Shown here: one piece after another, positions 1 to 11,793 of the stretch | Layout of the letters: each line of letters starts with the position of its first letter | Position numbering within the stretch: the first letter of the stretch is position 1 | Assembly: GCA_002269645.1 (NCBI GenBank) | Contig: NIVC01000467.1 | Location: forward strand, 248,001 to 312,000 | Source of the DNA: Macrostomum lignano | Taxonomy: Eukaryota | Reading direction: 5' to 3' | DNA length: 64,000 nt | Position numbers and translations under genes: made by a program | The notes under the pieces: model-generated | Told to the model about the DNA's origin: nothing | What the model saw: the letters and a program-made list of their open reading frames with translations, nothing else | Database searches by the model: none

Positions 1-90
1 ATGCTTCAGGAATGTCTTACTGAGTCTGATATGCTTCAGGGCTGTCTTACTGAGTCTGATATGCTTCAGGGCTGTCTTACTGAGTTTAAT
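1..90. repeat. 30-bp tandem repeat, end of an array entering from the left edge
   Basis: ATGCTTCAGGGCTGTCTTACTGAGTCTGAT x3. Confidence 0.85.
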
Positions 91-180
91 GCTTCGGGGG
101 TTTCTTTTGTGTTTAAATGATTTATACTCCATCTAATGACGAGCGAGTACCCTAAAAACGTCTTCATCAATCAAGCTTAC

Positions 181-3100
181 TGTTGCAGCTGGGCAAATTG
201 CCAGACCAGTGTCCACTCGCTTCGCAAGCTCTCACTTGACCTGAAATTTGTGTCAAGGCAAACTTTTGCTACTACTTGTTACAGTAGTATAAATCGACAA
301 CGCTATTTAGATTATATTCTAACTCAACTGACATTATTTTGAAGTTTTTTAATGGTTGTACACGTTTAAAATCCTGGAGAAATGGAAGTTTAAATGTAAA
401 TACAAGTGAAATAAAGTTAAAACTACTAGATAATAAACTTCAAACCCTAGATAATGAAGTTCAGCCTCTAGATAATGAACTTCAAACCCTAGATAATAAA
501 CTTCAAACCCTAGATATTAAACTTCAAACCCTAGATAATAAACTTCAAACCCTAGATAATAAACTTCAAACCCTAGATATTAAACTTCAAACCCTAGATA
601 ATAAACTTCAAACCCTAGATAATCAAGTTCAGCCTCTAGATAATGAACTTCAAACCCTAGATAATAAACTTCAAACCCTAGATATTAAACTTCAAACCCT
701 AGATAATGAACTTCAAACCCTAGATAATAAACTTCAAACCCTAGATAATAAACTTCAAACCCTAGATAATAAACTTCAAACCCTAGATAATGAAGTTCAG
801 CCTCTAGATAATGAACTTCAAGCCCTAGATAATAAACTTCAAACCCTAGATATTAAACTTCAAACCCTAGATAATAAACTTCAAACCCTAGATAATCAAG
901 TTCAGCCTCTAGATAATGAACTTCAAACCCTAGATAATAAACTTCAAACCCTAGATATTAAACTTCAAACCCTAGATAATGAACTTCAAACCCTAGATAA
1001 TAAACTTCAAACCCTAGATAATAAACTTCAAACCCTAGATAATAAACTTCAAACCTTAGATAATAAACTTCAAACCCTAGATAATAAACTTCAAACCCTA
1101 GATAATAAACTTCAAACCCTAGATAATAAACTTCAAACCCTAGATAATAAACTTCAAACCTTAGATAATGAAGTTCAGCCTCTAGACAATGAACTTCAAA
1201 CCCTAGATAATAAACTTCAAACCTTAGATAATGAAGTTCCAACTAGTTTGCATCATTAGAATTGAAAGTCTCATGAATAAAAAATCTGTTTATTCACATC
1301 CTGGCGAGTGTTCCGGGCATTCGATTCTGTAGCCTTCGTTGCAAAAGTACGAAACCTTTTGACCGAACGTGTAGTTTCGGTTTAAATGTCGGCCATTTAT
1401 TGGGGTGCCCGGATCGCCGCAGTTTATTACTGAAATGAGGAGAGATTTGCAGCAGATTCTATGAACTGGGGCAGATTCTATGCACTGGGGCAGATTCTAT
1501 AAATTGTGCAGATTCTATGCACTGGGGCAGATTCTATAAATTGTGCAGATTCTATGCACTGGGGCAGATTCTATGCACTGGGGCAGATTCTGTGCACTGG
1601 GGCAGATTCTATAAATTGTGCAGATTCTATGCACTGGGCAGATTCTATGCACTGGGGCAGATTCTATGAACTGGGGCAGATTCTATGCATTGGGAAGCAG
1701 ATTCTGTGCACTTGAGCGGATTCTGTGAATTAGAGCAGATTCTGTGAACTGGGGCAGATTCTATGAATTGGGAGATTCTTTGAAATGGGGCAGATTCTTT
1801 GAAATGGGGCAGATTCTTTGAAATGGGGCAGATTCTTTGAAATGGGGCAGATTCTATGCACTGGGGCAGATTCTTTGCACTGGGGCAGATTCTATGCACT
1901 GGGGCAGATTCTATGCACTGGGGCAGATTCTATAAACTGGGCAGATTCTACGAACTGGGGCAGATTCTATGCACTGGGGCAGATTCTATGCACTGGGGCA
2001 GATTCTATGCACTGGGGCAGATTCTATGAACTGGGGCAGATTCTATGCACTGGGGCAGATTCTTTGAAATGGGGCAGATTCTTTGAAATGGGGCAGATTC
2101 TATGCACTGGGGCAGATTCTTTGCACTGGGGCAGATTCTATGCACTGGGGCAGATTCTATGCACTGGGGCAGATTCTATAAATTGTGCAGATTCTATGCA
2201 CTGGGGCAGATTCTATGCACTGGGGCAGATTCTATAAATTGTGCAGATTCTATGCACTGGGGCAGATTCTATGCACTGGGGCAGATTCTATGAACTGGGG
2301 CAGATTCTATAAATTGTGCAGATTCTATGCACTGGGGCAGATTCTATGCATTGAGAAGCAGATTCTGTGCAGTGGGGCGGATTCTGTGAATTAGAGCACA
2401 TTCTGTGAACTGGGGCAGATTCTATGAATTGTGAGATTCTTTGAAATGGGGCAGATTCTTTGAAATGGGGCAGATTCTATGAAATGGGGCAGATTCTATG
2501 AAGTTGGGCTTTTTCTATAAACTAAGGATTGGAGAGGCAGAATAAAGGGCTGATGGAGAGCAGAGGCAGACTCAAGTGTCAAACCGCTTACACGAGCAGG
2601 TAAGATCTTGAATATTCCATTGTCCATTTGAGCAGACGGCGGTCACGGCGAGGCCAGGTGCTGCGGCAGTGTAGCCAGGCGCACAGGTGTAGCTGAACAT
2701 CTCCCCGTCTGAGTAGGTCGATTTTCTCACGTCCGGAGCCGGATCCAAAATGGTGTGTGGCTGGACCTTCGGCCGGCCGCAGGGAGAAGTGTTGCCGGAT
2801 GCTGTTAGATGGCAAGCAATAGTTTGAGTATTGAGTGACCTCTGCCTCTTCACCATCCCCCGATTCTTCAGTGACCCCCGGTCGTCTCTTCACCATCCCC
2901 CGATTCTTCAGTGACCTCTGCCTCTTCACCATCCCCCGATTCTTCAGTGACCCCCGGTCGTCTCTTCACCATCCCCCGATTCTTCAGTGACCTCCGCCTC
3001 TTCACCATCCCCCGATTCTTCAGTGACCTCCGCCTCTTCACCATCCCCCGATTCTTCAGTGACCTCTGCCTCTTCACCATCCCCCGATTCTTCAGTGACC

Positions 3101-6100
3101 TCCGCCTCTTCACCATCCCCCGATTCTTCAGTGACCTCCGCCTCTTCACCATCCCCCGATTCTTCAGTGACCTCCAATTTTTCACCATCCCCCGATTCTT
3201 CAGTGACCTCCGCCTCTTCACCATCCCCCGATTCTTCAGTGACCTCCAATTTTTCACCATCCCCCGATTCTTCAGTGACCTCCGCCTTTTCACCATCCCC
3301 CGATTCTTCAGTGACCTCCGCCTTTTCACCATCCCCCGATTCTTCAGTGACCTCCGCCTCTTCACCATCCCCCGATTCTTCAGTGACCTCCAATTTTTCA
3401 CCATCCCCCGATTCTTCAGTGACCTCCGCCTCTTCACCATCCCCCGATTCTTCAGTGACCTCCAATTTTTCACCATCCCCCGATTCTTCAGTGACCTCCG
3501 CCTCTTCACCATCCCCCGATTCTTCAGTGACCTCCAATTTTTCACCATCCCCCGATTCTTCAGTGACCTCCGCCTTTTCACCATCCCCGATTCTTCAGTG
3601 ACCTCCGGTCGTTTATTCACCATCCCCCGATTCTTCAGTGACCTCCGGTCGTCTCTTCACCATCCCTGATTATTCAGTGACTTCCGCCTCTTCACCATCC
3701 CCCAATTATTCAGTGACATTCGCCTCTTCATTATTTCTCCATTCTTCAGTGCTCTCACCTGATACACAGCGTCCCCTTCGCTCTTTTGGAACAGTCCACT
3801 TCAAATTAGCTTTGCAGGTGACAATTGATGAGCCAATCAGTCGGTAGCCACTATTGCAGGTGTAAGTCACTGTTTGGCCAACCCTGTTTTCGTTTCCGCT
3901 AATTGCTCGAGTTTTGTTACCGTTCGGCACCTCGGCAAGACCCTCGCAACCAGCGTCTGAAAAATGTTTTATAGTATTATTCTATAAAAATAAAATTACG
4001 CCACAGTCCATATTGTTTACATCAGTACTAGACCACGGCCTCTCAACCCTGTCACGCCATTGGGTTATATTGATTCTCTCTATATGCGGCCCCTCACCCA
4101 CACCCCATGTGGTTATATCGATTCTTTCTACGTGCGGCCCCTCACCTCCAACCCCCACCCCATGGGGTTATATCGATTCTCTCTATGTGCGGCCCCTCAC
4201 CTCCAACCCTCACCCCGTGGGGTTATATCGATTCTCTCTATGTGCGGCCCCTCACCTCCAACCCCCACCCCATCGGGTTATGTATTGATTCTCTCTGTGT
4301 GCGGCCCCTCACCTCCAACCCCCACCCCATGGGATTATATCGATTCTCTCTATGTGCGGCCCCTCACCTCCAACCCCCACCCCATGGGGTTATATCGATT
4401 CTCTCTATGTGCGGCCCCTCACCTCCAACCCCCACCCCATGGGGTTATGTATTGATTCTCTCTATGTGCGGCCCCTCACCTCCAACCCCCACCCCATGGG
4501 GTTATGTATTGATTCTCTCTGTGTGCGGCCCCTCACCTCCAACCCCCACCCCATGGGGTTATGTATTGATTCTCTCTGTGTGCGGCCCCTCACCTCCAAC
4601 CCCCACCCCATGGGGTTATATTGATTCTCTCTATGTGCGGCCCCTCACCTCCAACCCCACCCCGTGGGGTTATATCGATTCTCTCTATGTGCGGCCCCTC
4701 ACCTCCAACCCCCACCCCATGGGGTTATGTATTGATTCTCTCTATGTGCGGCCCCTCACCTCCAACCCCCACCCCATGGGGTTATATCGATTCTCTCTAT
4801 GTGCGGCCCCTCACCTCCAACCCTCACCCCGTGGGGTTATATCGATTCTCTCTATGTGCGGCCCCTCACCTCCAACCCCCACCCCATCGGGTTATCTATT
4901 GATTCTCTCTGTGTGCGGCCCCTCACCTCCAACCCCCACCCCATAGGATTATATCGATTCTCTCTATGTGCGGCCCCTCACCTCCAACCCCCACCCCATG
5001 GGGTTATATCGATTCTCTCTATGTGCGGCCCCTCACCTCCAACCCCCACCCCATGGGGTTATGTATTGATTCTCTCTATGTGCGGCCCCTCACCTCCAAC
5101 CCCCACCCCATGGGGTTATGTATTGATTCTCTCTGTGTGCGGCCCCTCACCTCCAACCCCCACCCCATGGGGTTATGTATTGATTCTCTCTGTGTGCGGC
5201 CCCTCACCTCCAACCCCCACCCCATGGGGTTATATTGATTCTCTCTATGTGCGGCCCCTCACCTCCAACCCCACCCCGTGGGGTTATATCGATTCTCTCT
5301 ATGTGCGGCCCCTCACCTCCAACCCCCACCCCATGGGGTTATGTATTGATTCTCTCTATGTGCGGCCCCTCACCTCCAACCCCCACCCCATGGGGTTATA
5401 TTGATTCTCTCTATGTGCGGCCCCTCAACCCCAACCCCACGGGATTATATTGATAAGCAATTAATTCACCGCAGCTCTCACCGGGCGGAACGCAGACAGA
5501 ACCGCAAAGCTCTTTATCGCACACGCAAATCAGGGGCACATCTCTGATTTTGCAGTCGTAGATAGTTGAGCACGATTGCTTTGGACAATTAGAACTGAAA
5601 GCGCCAGGTTTTGGACTGCAATAGGCGCTGCTTCTCTGTGGTGCGGCTGTTAAAAAGAAACGAAGTGGAGAGAATCGTTAAAGTGTTTTCCTGTGTTTTA
5701 TACATGCACTAATGAATGTACATTTGATCTAGGGACTGGGTTTGAGCACTCAATTTAAGCTTTTGGATCGTAATGTACGCACGTAATGTACATTGAACGA
5801 TTGAAGCTGAGGCAGGAACCTGTCCATAAACAGTAAAGCGTTTTAGTTGCATAATTAGTATTTATAGCCAACAATAGAATTAATATAAAAAATTTACCTC
5901 TTACGTAGTGGCTGTTCCTTGAGGCATCCCGTTCAAAGCGTTCATTCAATATGGTCAGAGCTGAAACCATTGAAGTCGCTGAAAAAATAAAATAATTAAG
6001 CAAATGTTTTTGTCTTCTCCCTATTATCTGTCGAACAAAGCAATAAAACTGCGTATAAATAACTATATAATAACTATACTATATAAAAATAATAGAATGG

Positions 6101-6716
6101 CGCCCCACACTGATAGAATGGCGCCCCACACTGATAGAATGGCACCCCACACTGATAGAATGGCGCCCCACACTGATAGAATGGCGCCCCACAATGATAG
6201 AATGGCGCTCCACACTGATAGAATGGCGCCCCACACTGATAGAATGGCGCCCCACCCTGATAGAGTGGCGCCCCACCCTAATAGAATGGCGTCGTCCAAC
6301 CCTGATAGAATGGCGCTCACCCTAATAGAATGGCGTCCAACCCTAATAGAATGGCGCCTACCCTAATAGAATGGCGCCCACCCTAATAGAATGGCGCCCC
6401 ACCCTAATAGAATGGCGCCCACCCTGATAGAATGGCGCCCACCCTAATAGAATGGTGCCCCACCCTGATAGAATGGCGCCCACCCTAATAGAATGGCGCC
6501 ACCTTGATAGAATGGCGCCCCACCCTAAAAGAATGGCGCCCCACCCTGATAGAATGGCGCCCACCCTAATAGAATGGCGCCCCACCCACTTACAGGGAAT
6601 TTGTACTGGATGAACTTACACGGATTCAACAGTCGAAACAGGCTGATGCAGCACAGAATCGTTGATGCATAAGACAGAGTGGCGGGAATGGGCGACCGCA
6701 AAATTATCAAAGGCAT
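181..6716 (-). CDS. Secreted WAP + multiple Sushi/CCP domain protein, LEV-9/Hasp-like; 3' part continues beyond the left edge
   Basis: Hand-spliced exons: 5482-5646 (8-Cys WAP core YCSPKPGAFSSNCPKQSCSTIYDCKIRDVPLICVCDKELCGSVCVPP), 3759-3956 (Sushi), 2592-2801 (Sushi), 1298-1429 + 181-240 (split Sushi INCGDPGTPING...CEASGHWSGNLPSC), all phase 1-1 GT-AG. Tentative 5' exons 6620-6716 (hydrophobic leader), 5905-5978, 5783-5819 are phase-compatible but less certain. Confidence 0.8.
425..1243. repeat. 21-bp intronic minisatellite
   Basis: CTAGATAATAAACTTCAAACC units; source of the spurious TLDNKLQ ORF 339-1259. Confidence 0.95.
1450..2500. repeat. 19-bp intronic minisatellite
   Basis: GGGGCAGATTCTATGCACT units with variants. 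Confidence 0.95.
2835..3755. repeat. 36-bp minisatellite filling intron 2802-3758
   Basis: TCTTCACCATCCCCCGATTCTTCAGTGACCTCCGCC units; open in several frames on both strands. Confidence 0.95.
4040..5450. repeat. 55/59-bp intronic minisatellite with a 614-bp higher-order duplication
   Basis: TTATATCGATTCTCTCTATGTGCGGCCCCTCACCTCCAACCCCCACCCCATGGGG; identical ORFs at 4352/4966 and 4621/5235. Confidence 0.95.
6091..6590. repeat. 20-21-bp minisatellite
   Basis: TGATAGAATGGCGCCCCACAC units. Confidence 0.95.
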
Positions 6717-7299
6717 CCTTCGTTGCTCGAGTGAGATCAGGCAGCTGTGTCTGTGCAAAAATTATTCAAAGTTTATTATACAATGTTACATAAATACATT
6801 TTCCTCAATGCAGTTTTATCTTCCACCAATCGGAGACAGAAAGCGAATGAGAAACTAATTATTTAGATAGAAGCAGAAATCAATAAATTGGGTAAAATTA
6901 ATTAATCAACGATGCCGTTGAGCTTGCCTCGCGGCTTCCGAACTCCATTCACTTGAAGATCTTAATCTTCGTGCGCAATTATAGGGGAATGCCTGAAAAA
7001 AATCTATATATAAGAAGAGATCGACTCCCCCCCCTTAATCCTATGGCTACTTCAATGTGAACTTTTATAGTTTGGCTAATCTTGGTTTAGAAATTCGTTG
7101 TGCAACTATCGAAAGTCAATTTGGGATTAAATGTGTGGGTTTTATTGTACCTTTAATACAAGGATTTTCATACCTTTTTTGATCAAGAGACTTCTAGACA
7201 AGGGCCTGTAGTAGTGAGATTTTTTGGCAAAGTTTGGTAGACTTTAGTAAAAATTTACTGCTCCTGTAGTAATCCCTTACTCCCCGTTACCTCCCGGTT

Positions 7300-9385
7300 G
7301 TGTCTCTCGTTAGTCACTGCTATAATCTTAGCAGTGACTCTCGTTAGTCCTAGTTGTGTCTCTCGTTAGTCACAGTTGTGTCTCTCGTTAGTCCCAGTTG
7401 TGTCTCGCGTTAGTCCTAGTTGTGCCTCTCGTTAGTCCTAGCTGTGTCTTTCGTTAGTCCCAGTTGTGTCTCTCGTTAGTCCTAGCTGTGTCTTTCGTTA
7501 GTCCCAGTTGTGTCTTTCGTTAGTCACAGTTGTGTCATTCGTTAGTCCCAGTTGTGTCTCTCGTTAGTCCTAGTTGTGTCTTTCGTTAGTCCCAGTTGTG
7601 TCTTTCGTTAGTCCCAGTTGTGTCTTTCGTTAGTCACAGTTGTGTCATTCGTTAGTCACAGTTGTGTCATTCGTTAGTCCCAGTTGTGTCTCTCGTTAGT
7701 CCTAGTTGTGTCTTTCGTTAGTCCCAGTTGTGTCTTTCGTTAGTCCTAGTTGTGTCATTCGTTAGTCACAGTTGTGTCATTCGTTAGTCCCAGTTGTGTC
7801 ATTCGTTAGTCACAGTTGTGTCATTCGTTAGTCACAGTTGTGTCATTCGTTAGTCCCAGTTGTGTCTCTCGTTAGTCCTAGTTGTGTCTTTCGTTAGTCC
7901 CAGTTGTGTCTTTCGTTAGTCCTAGTTGTGTCATTCGTTAGTCACAGTTGTGTCATTCGTTAGTCCCAGTTGTGTCTCTCGTTAGTCCTAGTTGTGTCTT
8001 TCGTTAGTCCCAGTTGTGTCTTTCGTTAGTCACAGTTGTGTCATTCGTTAGTCCCAGTTGTGTCTCTCGTTAGTCCTAGTTGTGTCTTTCGTTAGTCCCA
8101 GTTGTGTCTTTCGTTAGTCCTAGTTGTGTCATTCGTTAGTCACAGTTGTGTCATTCGTTAGTCCCAGTTGTGTCTCTCGTTAGTCCTAGTTGTGTCTTTA
8201 GTTAGTCCTAGTTGTGTCTCTCGTTAGTCCTAGTTGTGTCATTCGTTAGTCCCAGTTGTGTCTCTCGTTAGTCCTAGTTGTGTCTTTCGTTAGTCCCAGT
8301 TGTGTCTCTCGTTAGTCCTAGTTGTGTCATTCGTTAGTCACAGTTGTGTCATTCGTTAGTCCCAGTTGTGTCATTCGTTAGTCACAGTTGTGTCATTCGT
8401 TAGTCACAGTTGTGTCATTCGTTAGTCCCAGTTGTGTCTCTCGTTAGTCCTAGTTGTGTCTTTCGTTAGTCCCAGTTGTGTCTTTCGTTAGTCCTAGTTG
8501 TGTCATTCGTTAGTCACAGTTGTGTCATTCGTTAGTCCCAGTTGTGTCTCTCGTTAGTCCTAGTTGTGTCTTTCGTTAGTCCCAGTTGTGTCTTTCGTTA
8601 GTCACAGTTGTGTCATTCGTTAGTCCCAGTTGTGTCTCTCGTTAGTCCTAGTTGTGTCTTTCGTTAGTCCCAGTTGTGTCTTTCGTTAGTCCTAGTTGTG
8701 TCATTCGTTAGTCACAGTTGTGTCATTCGTTAGTCCCAGTTGTGTCTCTCGTTAGTCCTAGTTGTGTCTTTAGTTAGTCCTAGTTGTGTCTCTCGTTAGT
8801 CCTAGTTGTGTCATTCGTTAGTCCCAGTTGTGTCTCTCGTTAGTCCTAGTTGTGTCTTTCGTTAGTCCCAGTTGTGTCTTTCGTTAGTCACAGTTGTGTC
8901 ATTCGTTAGTCCCAGTTGTGTCTCTCGTTAGTCCTAGTTGTGTCTTTCGTTAGTCCCAGTTGTGTCTTTCGTTAGTCCTAGTTGTGTCATTCGTTAGTCA
9001 CAGTTGTGTCATTCGTTAGTCCCAGTTGTGTCTCTCGTTAGTCCTAGTTGTGTCTTTTGTTAGTGCTAGTTGTGTCTCTCGTTAGTCCTAGTTGCGTCTC
9101 TCGTTAGTCCTAGTTGTGTCTTTTGTTAGTCCTAGTTGTGTCTTTCGTTAGTCCTAGTTGTGTCTTTTGTTAGTGTTAGTTGTGTCTTTCGTTAGTCCTA
9201 GTTGTGTCTCTCGTTAGTCACAGTTGTGTCTCTCGTTAGTCCCAGTTGTGTGTCTCGTTAGTCCTAGTTGTGTCTCTCGTTAGTCTTAGTTATGTCTTTC
9301 GTTAGTCCCAGTTGTGTCTCTCGTTAGTCCCAGTTGTGTCTCTCGTTAGTCCCAGTTGTGTCTCTCGTTAGTCACTGCTATATCT
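7300..9385. repeat. 22-bp minisatellite, about 2 kb
   Basis: GTTGTGTCTCTCGTTAGTCCCA units. Confidence 0.95.
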
Positions 9386-11793
9386 CAGCTGTGTCTCTAG
9401 AGTGAGTCACCGCGCTAACTCCCAGCTGTGTCATTCATTATTCGGCATGTGTGTCTAATATACACACCTATTTGTGTATTGTTCAAGGTCAAGAGAACAT
9501 AACGATGCTAATAAATACTAATTATATCTTCTTAAGTACTTGCATAAGCGACACGAAATTGGTGCGCCCAGGTCCTGCAGAATCACTCACCAATATCGCG
9601 TATTAAAGGCGTTGGTTAAACAAAAATATTTTAGCGCCTGAACAAAGAAAATTTCAAAGGCTCTCTTTGTCTTCGCAGTGTCGGCTCACTCAGCAGCTTA
9701 CCTTAAAATGGAACAAATTCAAGCCACCATTTTTTTAAATTGCTAATTGCGCATGACGATGTTGACAGCTGCTATTAAGAAGCGCGCCTGCTCATTAGTT
9801 GAACTCTCCACACAGCTGTATATAGAGAGATTTTCGACAGTTCTTCAGACGGGTTTTTTAAAATAGCTACTGGTTAAGTAAGACAGCCTTTGAAATAATA
9901 TATAGCTACCGGTATATGTGTGTGTGCGTGTTGTGTGTTAACTGGCTGGCCCTATATAATCGAATTTCACGCACGCGATATTATATATATGCACACTCAT
10001 ACATTTATTTGTATTGAAGCTTTTACTAAGCCAAACAACTCCTTTCTGCTCGTATATTATAGCATAAGCAGCAACCCCCCTTATTTAGCTGCTTTTAATT
10101 CGTTGGTTTCTTTCTATACTCTCGCTCTTTCTGGGCCGCCCAGTTGCTGAGAGCTGAGAGAGCGCGCGCTCGCGCCACTTAAAAAGCGCTGATTGCTGCC
10201 TTTTGTGTTTCGTATATTCAACTGTTCCGGGGCGGAGTGGTGTGTAGAGTTTTGGCAGTTAAAATGGAGTTTTTTTCATACTGCAGGCGCCTCAGAGAGG
10301 GTTACACAGAGCTGCTGTGAGCTAATAGCCTTTTGACAGAATGTAAAGTAGGGTCTAGCCAAAAATATGAAACCATCTCTTGCCAGGTTGCTTCGTACTA
10401 CTACTCGTATTAGTAGTTTGACAATAAAAAGTTTCTATATTGGCTAAAACTATATAGGTAGCTATGAATGTACAAGACCGTGAGACTATAATACCACTGC
10501 TGACGGGGGGCTCAAGGCCGAGAGGCCCCTATCGCAACCCCCAAGCCAAAAACAGAAAGGCGTTAGCCTTGGGGCTGCGCCCTCCCTCGTCAGCAGAGCA
10601 TGTAGAAGAGCTTGCCAGACTCCCAGACAAATGCGCGTAGGTCACGGTGTTGATCACGGACGGACGTCGGTTTGGTCGGTAGTGAAATGTCTCCGGAAGA
10701 AGCCATGACCGGTAGTGACCATGTACATGTACTTGTACATCTCTGAGGTCTGCATTTTTACGTCCTTTCCAGTTTATGACAGGCATTGCTATTCGTGTTT
10801 GCCAATGTTCGGAGCAGTTGTTCGATCCAGTGCAACTGGTGTTTAATGGATCCAAACTACATATATTTGTGAATGACCCGGTTGACTCTGAGGATTTCGG
10901 GCTATTGCTGCCTCGTTTGGCGAGTTGGTCCAGTACCACACTAATTAATTCGTTGCCAAGGATATTGCTCTGTCCTGGTGTCCAGACATTATCCTATATT
11001 TTCTGAAACAGTCTGAAACTGCATTATTTATTTTCATGACTTTCATGGTTGAAAGCGAAGCAGCTAGTACAAGACCGTCAGTGTACTATCACAAAACAAA
11101 TGCAGAGGCATCCCGCTGAAATCCCGTACAGCAATCCGACCTCGGCGACGTCTGGCCGACGTTTTTCCAAGTTCTTTTGTCGGCTCTTAAATTACATTGT
11201 AGTGGTTGTACTTAGTGCTGCTTAGAGGTGGTCTGGAGATGGCCTGGTAGGTCTTGAAATCCCACCGCTGCCACCAATGAAGTATAGGTTGTTTAGTTGT
11301 TACCTTGCGGGTGCTCTCGCAGGTCTCCAGTAGAATCGCTGCCACCAGAGGGAGTACTGCTGACGTTCTCGGGCTGTCTCGGGCGGCCGGGCAGACCTCT
11401 TAGCGCTTGGCGGTGACCTCTAGCTGGCGATTTCTTAGAATTGCTACTCGTAGCGTAGGTAGTGCTGCCACAAGCTTCACAGAGCCGAAGCCTTCGGTGA
11501 GGTGCTGAGCTCCACCTAACGGTGGAGGACTAGTCAGGCATTCCACGTACTACAGGAAAACTACGCGACTAGACCATGGGTCCACGGTGGCATGGACTCG
11601 ACTAGTTATGGTTATCGTGGACCATAGCATGGTCTAGTCGCGTAGTTTTCCTGTACGAGTCGTAGTGGAATTCGAATGCCTGACGAGTCCGCGCAAATGG
11701 GCTGCAGACATGCAGCCAGAGGAGGCAGGGGTACGGTCCTGGCGCACGTGATGTCCATAAACACGAGCCCACACTCCAAGCCTAACATTATTA

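Noticed and set aside
339-1259. 306-aa heptad ORF (TLDNKLQ)n resembling a coiled-coil or LRR protein
   Set aside because: It is a 21-bp minisatellite inside an intron of the opposite-strand Sushi gene; a 3n unit keeps the frame open
2868-3669. Overlapping long ORFs on both strands (acidic VTEESGDGEE, basic MVKRRRS, Ser-rich)
   Set aside because: 36-bp repeat bounded by a good donor (3758) and acceptor (2802)
7300-9385. Regular arrays that might be read as CRISPR
   Set aside because: Head-to-tail units without unique spacers, no cas genes, eukaryotic context; applies to all arrays here
10529-10939. 136-aa minus-strand ORF
   Set aside because: No recognisable motif or splice support
11342-11355. 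CTCF-like motif CCACCAGAGGGAG
   Set aside because: A single imperfect hit; CTCF is reported lost in flatworms, the suspected host
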